DNA of 63,975 nt, the filler included, from Octopus bimaculoides (Eukaryota): the NCBI RefSeq assembly GCF_001194135.2. It is 4 parts of 4 records of this genome, joined end to end, with 100 filler letters (N's around TTAATTAATTAA, not from the genome) between each part and the next. Parts side by side here need not be neighbours in the genome. Positions count along the whole stretch, not along the records: positions 1 to 24,338 come from NC_068987.1; positions 24,439 to 53,041 come from NC_068989.1; 2 more parts are not named here. The stretch is one strand, 5' to 3'. A program made the position numbers and the translations under genes. How positions within the stretch are numbered: the first letter of the stretch is position 1; each line of letters begins with the position of its first letter. Below the pieces are notes generated by a model that saw nothing but the letters and a program-made list of their open reading frames with translations, did no database searches and was not told the DNA's origin. This document shows positions 22,384-35,847 of this stretch, one piece after another.

Positions 22384-24295
22384 TTAAGTTGTTAGCTACC
22401 TATGCATTCCAACTAGCACTGTGATTTCACTGCAGGTTAGGTATGTGGCAGATAGGTAAGTTAAACTGAATCACTAGATGCATGTAAAAAGGGAAGACCT
22501 TGTGTAGTTGTTTGACCTGTTACCATTAGCAGTCAAATCTCTCTCAAATCACACTTAATCATTTAAAAAAAGACTGACACATTAGAGAATATTCCTAGAT
22601 ACACTATGAATGAAAACCACACAGGATAGTCATGGCCAGAGTGCCTTCAATCCTATATTTGCTCAATCAAGGCTGATCAGACATTAAAGAACACATTTGC
22701 AACACACAGGGACCTACTCTTCAGTTGTTTGACAAGGTAGAAATATAGAAAGTGTCCTCTCTGTTGGCTTGTTTCATTATTTTTATATAAGCATATACTC
22801 ATATAAAATACTTACCATATTATATATCATGTATAGTATTATATCATGTCATATCATCATACTCATACTTAAATACTGTTTATATCGGGAATAAGTACTT
22901 ATCCATTCTCACAACATAAATTCAACTTACAATTTGTTTTTGAACTGTCTGGAATCCTTTCCTTTAACCACATATTTACATCATATTTTCAACAATCAGC
23001 ATCCACCTTTCCAACATAGTTTCTATTCTATTCTATCTCTAAACTCACTATCTTACATTCTGAAATAGTTTATCTTTTTTGATTCTTTTTAAAGCAACCA
23101 TTGCAGCACTTACATCCATCCACTACCTCATTCTTTTTATTTCCTTCCTTTACCTCTTCTTCCATTCACTGTCTCTTATTCTTTCTATTTCCTTCCTGCT
23201 CTCTTTTTATTATTTGCTGATTTGTCTTTTCCCGCAACAAAAAACTAAACCAAATTCCTGTTTTCATTGTTGCATGTCAACATAATGCTATTTATTTTCA
23301 TTGCTACATGTCAAATATACATTAACAATGAAATGTGCTAAACTAAACAGTACTGAAGTACCATATGTTTTAAGTCATAAATCTTAATTCAACAAACCTC
23401 ACAATTACATGAAACAGTTTCTACATACAGCCACCCATTAAACACTTCATTCAATTAACTCCTTTCATGCAAAAAAAGTGAAAGAGAGAGAGAAGGGGCC
23501 CCAGAGGGTATATAGGTGGTGAAATCCCCCAGTTGGGAAAAGGAAGTTCAATAGCACACTACCATACATCACCATGGATTGGGTTCTTTATTGATTAGTA
23601 GCATTAGAACATCTTGGTCTTTCAGTGGATAGAGTAAGATACCTATTTTGTTGTTTATTAAAGATGCTCTTGACATTGGTCAAAATAATTTCTAATCCTT
23701 CCCTTGTGCATAAACCACACAGTTGCCCACCACCCTGAGATGGTACTGCATGCCCAAATACTGACCAAAATAAGGCACAACTAACTGTACTATCTTTTAG
23801 TTCATGGGCATATTCCATTAGTGAGGTAAAATGCTTAAGTCTTGAATTGGAGAAGGAATGTTAATGCATCGAAATTGACAGCATTGATAGTGGCCCCTAA
23901 GCAAAACCCATTACTATTATGCATAACTACTTGACCAGCAGTTACAACCGGGCAAAGGGGACAGGGGTTCAGTTGTCCATTGTGGGGCAGTTGTGATGAT
24001 GAGACTTGGTTCCACCTCCATTTATGTTTGGGCTTTCATGGCTGCATGCACATATATATATATTTATGTACATTTGCACACACATATGCATTTATGTGTA
24101 TATATGTTTTTATGTATTCTTTGTGTGTTTAGTCCTGTTTGTGTAGGCATGTACATATGTACACCTTAATGTATTTTGTATTTTTGTTTTCTTTCCTTTT
24201 ACACTGTACATTTTACTCATTTATTTATTCTTTTAACCATTTTTGTGTATGTGTGTGTATGTATTTGTATATGTGTGCATATATGCATATGCACA

Positions 24296-24338
<43 letters not shown>

Positions 24339-24438
24339 NNNNNNNNNNNNNNNNNNNNNNNNNNNNNNNNNNNNNNNNNNNNTTAATTAATTAANNNNNN
24401 NNNNNNNNNNNNNNNNNNNNNNNNNNNNNNNNNNNNNN
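24339..24438. other. Artificial scaffold linker N44-TTAATTAATTAA-N44
   Basis: Exactly 100 bp; the 12-mer places stop codons in all six frames; the same geometry occurs at 53042 and 60146. Confidence 0.9.
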
Positions 24439-24829
24439 GTGGTACGTAGAAAGCACCATTTGAGTGTGATCGTTACCAGTGTCGCCTTACTGGCACTTGT
24501 GCCGGTGGTATATGTGAACAAAACATTTGACCGAGGTCATAGCCAGTGCCGCTGGACTGACTCCTGTGCAGGTGGCACGTAAAAAAACACCATTTGACTG
24601 TGGCCGTTGGTGGCCGTTGCCAGTACCGCCAGACTGGCCTTCGTGCCGGTAGCACGTAAAAGCACCCACTACACTCTTGGAGTGGTCGGCGTTAGGAAGT
24701 GCATCCAGCTGTAGAACTCTGCCAGATCAGATTGGAGCCTGGTGTAGCCATCCGGTTCACCAGTCCTCAGTCAAATTGTCCAACCCATGCTAGCATGGTA
24801 AGTGGACGTTAAACGATGATGATGATGAT
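24439..24829 (+). mobile_element. RTE LINE 3' end copy
   Basis: Same 3' UTR array and tail as 17092-17507. Confidence 0.85.
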
Positions 24830-24872
<43 letters not shown>

Positions 24873-25664
24873 CATACACAATTGTTAATCTCAACCAGAG
24901 AGTTTCTCTTTATTTGAGCTACAGATAAGTTTCAGTCAGTCAAGACAAACAAAATAAATACACAAGTATATACATGTCAAATGAAGGGCTAGCATATAAA
25001 TGAACAACTCCAGTAAAATATAACTAAGGCATGTTGAAAAATGCCTTGCATAGTTTACCTATCAATAAATACAATTTTTCTTAATAACTGGTAAAACATC
25101 ATGTAAGAATGAGTATTGAAACAGTTAATTATTCTCATTCTTCGAACGTTAAAACAGAACAGGTGTGATGAATTATCTCACGTTAGTGATTTATCTTACA
25201 TTCTTCTGATGGTATTTTGTATTATGGAAGACTAAAACTATAAACAGTGAGATATCTGGCTATTATTAGCAAGTAACCGTATCCTGTTACATAGTGCTAT
25301 TCACTCAATCAGCTATGGTGGTGTGAGTTTTCATTAGAGAAGTATAAACATGAATAACATGGTTTAATCATTAAGAAGGTATCCAGGTTGAGGCATTTTG
25401 GCATTTTAGGACTTGGAGAACTGAAACTTCTGATGTTATGTATTAGCCTTCCACGAAACAAGATAAGCATTATTAGAAATAAACTGGTTTCAACAGAAAT
25501 TTCCACATCGACTTGTTTTGAGAATAAAAGTCTAATAATATATTCATAGACAAACAATTATAGTTACATTGATAATAGCAACATTATGCACCACTGCCCA
25601 TTCTTATATACTTGATATACAACTGTGGTGGTAGTAATTGTACAGATATTATAAATTTTACTAA

Positions 25665-25839
25665 GGCACAGGAGTGGCTATTTGGTAAGTAGCTTGCTTA
25701 CTAACCACATGGTTCTGGGTTCAGTCACACTGCATGGGCACCTTGGGAAAGTGTCTTCTACTATAGCCTTGGACTGACCAAATCTTTGTGAATGGATTTA
25801 GTAGACGGAAACTGAAAGAAGCCCGTCATATATCTAGAA
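25665..25839 (+). mobile_element. tRNA-related SINE 5' half, interrupted by a hAT MITE
   Basis: ...GGCACCTTGGGAAAGTGTCTTCTACTATAGCC...GACGGAAACTGAAAGAAGCCCGTC motif shared with 39385 and 42008. Confidence 0.7.
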
Positions 25840-26136
25840 CAGGGGTTTTCAAACTGTGGTCAGCAGACCACAGGGGGTCCACAAGGACAAGACAGGGGGT
25901 CCGTGGACAGTAAATACTTTTTATGGGCAATTTGATTTTATATATGTTTTTTAATCGAAATCTTTTAATTGACAATAAACCTATTTGTTAAATACTGTTA
26001 AATAAATAAATGCAAAAATATATGTTATTTTAAGCAAATATTTATGTATAAATTTCATAAGCGTTTATAAGGGGGTCCCTAAGGTAAAGCCTGAATTATA
26101 AAGGGGTCTGCAAGTCAAAAAGTTTGAAAACCCTTG
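25840..26136. mobile_element. hAT (Charlie-like) MITE
   Basis: TIRs CAGGGGTTTTCAAAC / GTTTGAAAACCCTTG; perfect 8-bp TSD ATCTAGAA at 25832-25839 and 26137-26144. Confidence 0.92.
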
Positions 26137-26263
26137 ATCTAGAAGACCCAAAGAGTGACAGGTAATGCTAAGTAAGTGCTATGGACAGACCGTAGTTAAA
26201 CTCTTTGGTTTGATAGTGGTACAAGTAAGGAGTCTAATGTGGGTCTTGTATTAACATGCATAT

Positions 26264-26430
26264 ATATATTAGACAAAATGAGATAACAAAGCCAAGATTG
26301 TGAGGAGTTTTCAGGACATTCATAAGGAAAAAGATATAGATTATAGTCTATAGACTATATCTTTTTCCTTATAAATGTCCTGAAAACTCCTCACAATCTT
26401 GGCTTTGTTATCTCATTTTGTCTAATATAT
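26264..26430. repeat. Near-perfect 167-bp palindrome
   Basis: 76-bp arms 26264-26339 and 26355-26430 with 1 mismatch and a 15-nt spacer. Confidence 0.9.
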
Positions 26431-26590
26431 CATCATCATCATCATCATCGTCGTTTAACGTCTGCTTTCCATGCTAGCATGGGTTGGACGATTTGACTGA
26501 GGACTGGTGAAACCAGATGGCTACACCAGGCTCCAATCTGATTTGGCAGAGTTTCTACAGCTGGATGCCCTTCCTAATGCCAACCACTCC
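26431..26590 (-). mobile_element. RTE LINE 3' end copy
   Basis: (CAT)n followed by GTTTAACGTCTGCTTTCCATGCTAGCATGGG...CAACCACTCC. Confidence 0.85.
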
Positions 26591-26989
26591 GCCCATAAAA
26601 AGTATTTGCTGTCCACGGACCCCCTGTCTTGTCCTTGCAGACCCCTTGTGGTCCGCGGACCACAGTTTGAAAACCCCTGGTTTAATCTATACCGACTTTT
26701 TGATGAATGGAGTGTCACTGATTCTAGAGAGCTTGCTTTGTGGTTTAATTTGTACCAATTTTTAGCCTATATTCTCATAAATAGACTCCTTACTTGTACC
26801 ACTATCAAACCAAAGAGTTTAACTACGGTCTGTCCATAGCACTTACTTAGCATTACCTGTCACTCTTTGGGTCTTCTAGATCAAGGGTTTTCAAACTTTT
26901 TGACTTGCAGACCCCTTTATAATTCAGGCTTTACCTTATAAACGCTTATGAAATTTATACATAAATATTTGCTTAAAATAACATATATT
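26591..26989. repeat. Inverted partial copies of the adjacent MITE and its flank
   Basis: 26591-26679 is the reverse complement of 25840-25928; 26782-26989 is the reverse complement of 26017-26236 (12-bp deletion). Confidence 0.85.
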
Positions 26990-27635
26990 CTCATAAATAG
27001 TTTCCTGCCCTTGTTCTTTCATATCTTTTTTTATTATACTTTTTACAGGTGGATGTGATCAACCTGTCAGTGTAGCAAAATAATTCCTAAATTTCTTTAT
27101 ATTTTTTTCTTTTCGTAGCTGTCTCTAACCAGATAAGGTTTCTTTTTTGTATTCCCCCTTGATATACCCACTCACACACACCTAAAAGATAGCGACTTTT
27201 CTTCCATACCTGATTATCTTTCCAGTTTTAGTCACTGAGGTTGCTGGTTCAAATTCTCTGTTGGGATATTAAACTCAATTAAAAAAATTGAAGCAGCAAG
27301 TTAGAGTATACAAGTATACATTAGTTTGTTAAAATTTGGATTTGATGTCTTATATACATACTTACATATATCATCGTCATCATCATCATCATAATTTTTA
27401 TGACCAATTCTCCATACTTGCATAGATCAGATGGAGTTTATTGAGGCAGATTTTTTACAGCTGGGTGTTCTTCCTGTCACCAACCCTCACTTGTTTCCAA
27501 GCAAGGTAATATTTCCCTAAGAGCAGACATGTTTTCAAGGGGGCTATAGTGGGATTGAACCCAAAACCATGTGGTTGGAAAGCAAACTTCTTAACCACAC
27601 CTGCACCTCCAACCATGCCTCTATGTGTGTGTGTG

Positions 27636-27671
<36 letters not shown>

Positions 27672-28229
27672 CTTTTTCAAGGGTACTTCATCAAGATCAG
27701 TTACGGGGAAATAAACTAACAGAACAATGGTCTTTCCGCAAACCATCATTCTCTGCATTATAATTTCTCAGTTGGATCACATTCTGGTTTAATAAGTCAT
27801 GCTCATATCCATATGGCCTTGTGCCATATATACTGAATTAGTAGAATTGTTAAAATGTAAGACAAAACACCTTGCTCCATTTATTTTACATGTTAAGGTT
27901 ATGAGTTCAAATCCTGTGAACAGAGGTTTTGCTTGTCTTCCTTCAGGGACACAGTGAGGGTTTAATAAAATTAAGTAGTAAAGTATTGACTCAATTTAAT
28001 ATCATTAGTATCATTCCCCAAAATGAGCAACCCTTGTCCCAGTATCAGAAATCAATAATGTCTAGACTATTGATCAAGCTGTTTGTTGCCATTACTCATT
28101 GATATTTTTTTTTGGTTAATTCCCATCTTATGCTGGAGAAAAATAATAATATTTGAAATGCTGGTGTGATAGAAAATCCATCCCTGATTTTGTTTGAAAC
28201 ATTATATATATATATGTGTGTGTGTGTAT

Positions 28230-28482
28230 CATCATCATTATCATCATCATTTAACGTCCGCCTTCCAAGCTACCATGGGTTGGACAATTTGTAATTTCTC
28301 TAGCATGGGTTGGATGATTTGACTGAGGACTGACGAACCAGAAGGCTGCTCCAGGCTCCAATCTGATGTGGCAGAGTTTCTACAGCTGGATGCCCTTCCT
28401 AACGCCAACCACTCTGAGAGTGTAGTGGGTGCATTTACGTGCCACCGGCACGAGTGCCAGTCAAGCGGTACTGGCAACGGCC
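28230..28482 (-). mobile_element. RTE LINE 3' end copy
   Basis: Same tail family; contains a short internal duplication (ATGGGTTGGA twice). Confidence 0.8.
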
Positions 28483-28920
28483 NNNNNNNNNNACTTAGAA
28501 TTCCTATTTTCTGAACATGGAAAAGAAAACTCAAACATTTAAAAAAATAATTAGGAAGAAAAAAAAAAAATCAATATTTTCAGAATTTGTTTCTGATTCA
28601 GCCAGCTGTTGTTTATGTTCGTGCTCTGTGCAACATATTGATATGACTAAGTTAAGCTTTCTCTGAGTAATTTATGCTATAAGATATCATAATTTTCTAT
28701 ACCAAGTAATAATGTACAATATTTTATCATTTAGTGGGTTTCTCATTGCAAGTTCAGCAACTATGGTGAAATCTGTATCACTGTAGAGATCTATAAAACT
28801 GAAACATGATTAGAGTTGTCTCCCATACTTACCGGAATAATTTCGCCAATGACTAATACTGTCTTTTCCTCACTGCATTATGACGTTTTTATTAGCATTT
28901 TAATACGTATTGTAAAATTC

Positions 28921-29959
28921 AAAATCCAAAAACCAAGGCCTCTGCCAGGGATGTAGCCAGCCCACTTATGCGTAACATTCCTTCATTGGACACTAAACTC
29001 CGCTTGCGAAGACCTGTTGAGGCAAGTGAAATCGAAATCAAACTAAATTTGTAGACTGGCACCCATGCCAACGTCTCTTTCATTGAACACTAAACTCGAC
29101 TTGCGAAGACCTGTTGGGGCAAGCGAAGGCGAAATTGTGATGGCACCTGTACCAGTGGAGCACTAAGAGCGTGATCGTTGCCAGAGCAGCTGTCTGGCTT
29201 CCNNNNNNNNNNNNNNNNNNNNNNNNNNNNNNNNNNNNNNNNNNNNNNNNNNNNNNNNNNNNNNNNNNNNNNNNNNNNNNNNNNNNNNNNNNNNNNNNNN
29301 NNNNNNNNNNNNNNNNNNNNNNNNNNNNNNNNNNNNNNNNNNNNNNNNNNNNNNNNNNNNNNNNNNNNNNNNNNNNNNNNNNNNNNNNNNNNNNNNNNNN
29401 NNNNNNNNNNNNNNNNNNNNNNNNNNNNNNNNNNNNNNNNNNNNNNNNNNNNNNNNNNNNNNNNNNNNNNNNNNNNNNNNNNNNNNNNNNNNNNNNNNNN
29501 NNNNNNNNNNNNNNNNNNNNNNNNNNNNNNNNNNNNNNNNNNNNNNNNNNNNNNNNNNNNNNNNNNNNNNNNNNNNNNNNNNNNNNNATAGCACCATTTG
29601 AGCATGATCGTTACCAACATCGCCTCCTTGGCACTTGTGCCAGTGGCACGTGAAAAGACATTCAAGCGAGATCGTTACCAGTACCGCTGGACTGGCTCCT
29701 GTGCAGGTGGCATGTAAAATACACCATTTTGAGCGTGGCCGTTGCCAGTTCCGCCTGACTGGCCTTCGTGCGGGTGACACGTAAAAGCACCCACTACACT
29801 CTCAGAGTGGTTGGCATGAGGAAGGGCATCCAACTGTAGAAACTCTGCCAAATCAGATTGGAGCCTGGTGTAGCCATCTGGTTCACCAGTCCTCAGTCAA
29901 ATCGTCCAACCCATGCTAGCATGGAAAGCGGACGTTAAACGATGATGATGAAGATGATG
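28921..29959 (+). mobile_element. RTE LINE 3' UTR copy, gapped
   Basis: Matches 16840-17507, including both tandem arrays. Confidence 0.85.
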
Positions 29960-30155
29960 CATTACTTACAGGTAACTCCTGAAGTCTACCCAATCACATA
30001 TCATCTCTCTCTTGTCCTCACTGTAAACTCTATCAGCATTACTATCCTGCTGCTCTCCCCCACTCTCTTATGCACTCCTTTACCTTCCTCAACTCATGGA
30101 TCATCGATTATCCATCTCACCCTACATTTACCTTTCAGTCTCGCACAGTCTTTAA

Positions 30156-30379
30156 TCCTTCAAAATTCAGATTACCCTGTCAAATAAATGTAAAGCTTAT
30201 TCATTTACATTGTTTTGAATTAATCAAACGTTATCCCAAAGCTTTGAAATTCTAATGATGAAATTATTTATTTTTATAATGACATTGTAGGCTAGGTGTG
30301 AGAGGCCAGATCTGACCAGTTTAACCATAAAGCGGGTAGGCTATTTGGGCTGGATATGGTTGATTTAAATGTTAAAGGG
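30156..30379. mobile_element. TTAA-flanked MITE (piggyBac-like ends)
   Basis: TTAA at both ends; reverse-orientation homolog of 39746-39966. Confidence 0.65.
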
Positions 30380-30536
30380 TTAAAACTGTTGTCTACCTCC
30401 CATCTTCCCATCTCCTGTTCACCTCCAAACACTTCTGCAAATCCCCACACTTCTCATTCCACTGTCCCAACATATTTCTACTCACCCCCCATACCTTGAA
30501 GAACCACATGGACTTCAGGCTCTCACTGATCATTCC

Positions 30537-30595
<59 letters not shown>

Positions 30596-33500
30596 NNNNN
30601 NNNNNNNNNNNNNNNNNNNNNNNNNNNNNNNNNNNNNNNNNNNNNNNNNNNNNNNNNNNNNNNNNNNNNNNNNNNNNNNNNNNNNNNNNNNNNNNNNNNN
30701 NNNNNNNNNNNNNNNNNNNNNNNNNNNNNNNNNNNNNNNNNNNNNNNNNNNNNNNNNNNNNNNNNNNNNNNNNNNNNNNNNNNNNNNNNNNNNNNNNNNN
30801 NNNNNNNNNNNNNNNNNNNNNNNNNNNNNNNNNNNNNNNNNNNNNNNNNNNNNNNNNNNNNNNNNNNNNNNNNNNNNNNNNNNNNNNNNNNNNNNNNNNN
30901 NNNNNNNNNNNNNNNNNNNNNNNNNNNNNNNNNNNNNNNNNNNNNNNNNNNNNNNNNNNNNNNNNNNNNNNNNNNNNNNNNNNNNNNNNNNNNNNNNNNN
31001 NNNNNNNNNNNNNNNNNNNNNNNNNNNNNNNNNNNNNNNNNNNNNNNNNNNNNNNNNNNNNNNNNNNNNNNNNNNNNNNNNNNNNNNNNNNNNNNNNNNN
31101 NNNNNNNNNNNNNNNNNNNNNNNNNNNNNNNNNNNNNNNNNNNNNNNNNNNNNNNNNNNNNNNNNNNNNNNNNGCCCCTCCCTCCTTCCTTCCCATACTC
31201 CATACCTTCATCTCCTCCCTTAAATGCTTCCTCCCCACCCACCCACTTTTTGTTGTCTCACGAGCTGTCCCCGACCCTCATCTGTTTCCAAGTAAGGTAA
31301 TATTTTCCCGGTGTTAGTCATGTTTTTCATGGAAAACTTGAACTAACAACCTCGCAGGTGTGATGTTGATGCTCATTTACAACCATCATGCAAGACGAGT
31401 ACACACACACACACATGCACGTACACACATATAAAAAAAAAAAGAAGTAAAGTTCTTCCCTGAGCCATGTAGCCTCATAGGGCTGGTTTCCTGATTTCTA
31501 TGTTGTATATATTCCCCACCTGGATGGGATGCCAATCTATCACAAGATTACTTATTTTTGCCAGTTGAGTGAACTGGGACAACATGCACATATATACAAA
31601 ATAGGTGAAGATAAAGAATACACACACCAACCATTTTCGATGTTTAGGGTTGGGGTTAGGGTTAGAGTTAATGTCACGCCAAAAACGGGTGGTGTGCGTA
31701 TTCTTTACCTCCGCCCATAAATATGTATATGGTGGACTTATTTTGACTTTCTGTCAACTCATGAGGCTTTGGTTGGCCTGGTGCTTTGGTAGAAGTCATT
31801 TGCCCAAGGTGCTGCATAGTGGAACTGAACCCAAGATCACATGGTTGGGAAGCAAGCAGCTTAACCACACAGCCATGCCTGTACCTACATATGCTACTGA
31901 TTATTTATTTGATCAATACCTGCTGGAAGTTGAAAGACAGACTCGGTCTCCTGCCACAAATTTGAATTCCTTCTGTAAAACCACAATGTAATAAATCAAA
32001 TAAGAAAATAGTTTACCAATGGTGTAAGTGGAACGTTTTAAAACTAAGTTAACCGCATATAACTATTGATTGGCATATGATGCATGTTGCCAGAACAGAT
32101 CTGACCTGGTTTTGTACTAGAGTGATGCCAGCAGTTGGCATTGTACCAAATTTGGTTGAGTACACCTGTGTGTGTGTGTGTGTGTGTTTCTGCCTACTTG
32201 CCTTATTCCATGTCAGCATGTACAGAAACTGGCTGATGGTAAACTAGTGTGGCACATGTGCCCTCACACAGTTTCCAGCTGATAGAATGCTATGTAGTCA
32301 TTAATATTAAACTGTTGAGTGGTGGTGGTGGTGGTGGTGATGGTGGCGGTGCCAGTGGCAGTAGTGGTAGTAACAGTTGCTGTTTAGCCCTCGGTCAGTC
32401 TTGATCAAGTAGACCTGTGATCAAAGGTATTCCTTCCAGGACCAGCCCATCCAGTTGTAATAAGAGTCTATAGGAATACATTATCTAATGTCCCTTTTTC
32501 GAAAACAGTGGGCAGTGGTGTTAATATGAGGGAAATTTTGCTGTTATTACTAGCAGGTCAGGCAACCACACAAAGGCTTCTTTTTCGGCTCATTGTAATA
32601 GTAAATAGTAATAGCAACTGCAGTAGCAGCTGGGAAAGCAAATGGTGGTGAAAGTAGTGGTGATGGTGGCAGTAGTTGTGGTTTATAAAGGAAAGATAAG
32701 AAAACTGTTGTATTTCTCTTCAGTTTTATTTAGTTTTTATTTTCGCCTTTTTCCTATTCTGTTTTGAAATGCATTTTATTATTACTATTTCGTTTAGTGT
32801 ATCAAGTGTTAATCTTCAAACGAAATAGGGATAATCTCGAGATAGTTACTTTGTCTTATGACATTTGCTCTTTAAATATAATGCTCTTATGTGGTATTAA
32901 CAGGTTTATAACCTTTTACTACAATTAAATATATCTTCCTCTCTTTATCTTCCTCTCTTTCTCTCTCTCTCACATACATTCATATACATATCTTAATCTG
33001 GCCAATTGGTTGAGCAGAGATGAAAAGCAGCTTGTTCATTAGGCTTCAGCATTTCTTTCACCTGTATGGATTTGCTCTGTTATTGAATTCTAAACTGTCT
33101 TTGTTTCATTATTCTCGCATTCATGCTGTGTTAGTCATCTGTTTCACAGTTTAGGATCCATTCTTTCCACATGCTAATAATCCTTTAAAATTGGCCAGAC
33201 AAAAGTGCATCTAATCCTCTACATCTCACCCATACACAATCTTGGATTAGCTCAGTCCTTCCCAGACCCCTTTTCAGACCCTGAAGGTCTCCCTATTCAA
33301 TAAGCACATTCTATAAACTGTCAGTAAACTCATCTTCAATTTCATCTGCCTATTGAAAGACATATATAACTGAGTAATTATGCAGCTTTTTAAAATTTTG
33401 AACTCAGCTCACAGACCCCCCAGTACTATGTGTTTGAACCGTCCAGGAGTGCACAGTTGCCAGGTTGAGAACTGCTAAATTATCTAATGTGTATGGTTAT

Positions 33501-33674
33501 TTTTTAGGGGTATTTAACCCTCTAAAATAAGACATGTTGCCTACATGTTACCCACATGCATACTTCAATTCACTGATAATACATAGTTATTTTGGGAGGA
33601 TCTTTTTTTCCTTTCTGTCAGCTTAAGTTTTCATTTATTTGACTGACCAGTGGACAACTCCATAGTTAAAAACA

Positions 33675-34052
33675 ATGTATACAGAGTTGAAACAAGAAAC
33701 CAATGGAATGGAAAGCAAGGACAAACGAGTTGAGGTAAATTCTACTTGTTCCGAAAACGACACCCTTTCAACTCTTTTGATATCATTTTTTGACGAAGAA
33801 ATCAACACGTTGAGGTTCTTTTCCAGCTGTTTGGATATCTCGACAGTTGTCCTGCTGAGTGGTGCCTGTTTTGTTGTGTGTGCATCGTTATTTTCATCGC
33901 TTTGGCGTGTCTTGTTTCACAGTTCTGATGACTACTCCTTTCTCGCTTTGCACCTAGCCAGTGTACCCGGCTACAATGCAACTACTTTGGGTACCTTCTG
34001 GAATGACACTAGCTTTGAAAAATTTGAGAATTTCATAAAAAAACATAATTGA
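33675..34052 (+). CDS. Unassigned 125-aa ORF or possible exon in a CpG-rich island
   Basis: A at -3, candidate donor GAG|gtaaat after codon 20, a hydrophobic stretch and four N-x-S/T sequons. No recognisable family; the in-register antisense frame is also open for about 90 codons. Confidence 0.2.
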   Translation: MYTELKQETNGMESKDKRVEVNSTCSENDTLSTLLISFFDEEINTLRFFSSCLDISTVVLLSGACFVVCASLFSSLWRVLFHSSDDYSFLALHLASVPGYNATTLGTFWNDTSFEKFENFIKKHN

Positions 34053-34271
34053 GAAAACGAAAAGAAAGACAAAAAAAAACAAAAACAAGGCAAATATAAT
34101 CCCAGGAAATAATAATGACAGATTCTCTATAGACTCTTCCGGAACTTGTTGCTGTTTATGTCAGGAAATTATTGGATGTCGTCTTTGCAGTTCCAGCTTA
34201 ATATTTCAACTAGTATGTTGCTTGTGTATGTATAGATCTTTTTTTTTTTTTTTCAATACTTNNNNNNNNNN

Positions 34272-34318
<47 letters not shown>

Positions 34319-35847
34319 GTGTTATTTAATTCCTTGTTTCTTTCCTTCTCTTTTGTCCTTCTTTTTCTCTCTTTATCTTGCTTTCTTTTGCTTCTTTGTG
34401 CCTTTCCTCCATTCATCTGTATTTTCTTTACCTTCATTTGTTTGCTTGATTCTCATTCATATTCTCTCCACCCTCTCTGTCTGTCTGTCTGTCTCACACA
34501 ATCACTTCATTGTTTCCTTTCCCCCTCTCTGTCTCTCTCTCTTTGATTCCATTCTCCACTCCCCTTCTCCCCATCCTCATTAACCACTTTACTTCTTCTA
34601 CATTCTTTCCTGTAGAACTCTCAGTTTCCTTCTTCCTTTCATGTTCCATTGCTTGTTCCAATCTGCTGTTGCTTTCTTTGGACACATCCACTGAGCCTCA
34701 GCATCAGAGTCTGTTGATACAAACATCCATGTGTGCAATTGTATAAGTGCATGTGTCAGTTGTCGATGTGTGCATATGTATGTATGTGAGAGAGTGCAAT
34801 TACATAGCTGCATGTAAGCTTTTGATGATATGTGAGTGTTATGAAAGAGATCTTATTCTTAACCAAGCATGTATATCCAGACCTGTTATCCTTTTAAATC
34901 ACTTTATATTTCTCTGCTTCTCTCTCTGTCTGTCTTTCTCTTTCTCATCCTATTTCCTTTCTTTCTCTCTTAAAAACAGTTTTCAGCCATCAAGCTAAAT
35001 TGGACTGCCTCTTCATTCCACTCAAAGATGCAACTATCTTCTCTGTTTATTGGTCTCTCTCTCTCTCTCTTTCAATGTGTACTGAATGTATGTGTTGAAG
35101 TGAGCTTTGTACAAGCTTAACTCACTGCTATAATTGCTTGTTTTAGCTTCTCTTTCTGTACATATAACTTGCCATTTCTTTCCCATGCTTTCAAACTACA
35201 TAAACAAAGTATTTAGGCTTCTCTGTTTGATTTACTATTTAATTATTATACAAACCATTTCTAGTTAATGTTTTAGCACTGACAATGTTAATCTGGTTTT
35301 TTTTTTCTACGTCTTAATTACTTTGAACAGTTGAAATTTGTAAAATCTCTCTATTTTCTTTTTCTGTTTTTCATTTTACTTGCATTTCTACTAAAATTTC
35401 CCATGTTATGTGAACTTCAAATTCAATACTAAATTAGGTGACCTTAATTCAATACTAATTGCTTAGAAGTTGAGACTACTCCTTATTTGATATGTATAAG
35501 ATCAACTACCTTTGCATAACATAGCAGTGACTTCAACAAACAAACAAAAAGCAGCAAATGACAACAACAACAACAATGGTGGTAATAACAACAACAACAA
35601 CAACAACAACAATAATGGTGATGATGATTTCTTACATGTGTACAAGGTTAGAAATTTACAGAGAGGAGAACAGTTGATTATATTCGACTCTAGTATTTGA
35701 CAATTATTTTATTTCTTTGACCCAGGAAGGAGGAAAAGCAATGGTGAGCTCCAAAAATAAAGGGTTAGGGCCAAATGCAGCAAGGCATTTTGTCTGATGT
35801 GCTGCTGATTTTGCTCAGCCACTGTGTGTGAAATTAATAATAATAAT

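Noticed and set aside
23588-23818. Upstream KAT8 exon
   Set aside because: No MYST motifs in any frame.
24383-24394. Conserved TTAATTAATTAA regulatory motif repeated three times
   Set aside because: Always centred in exactly 44 N on each side; synthetic spacer.
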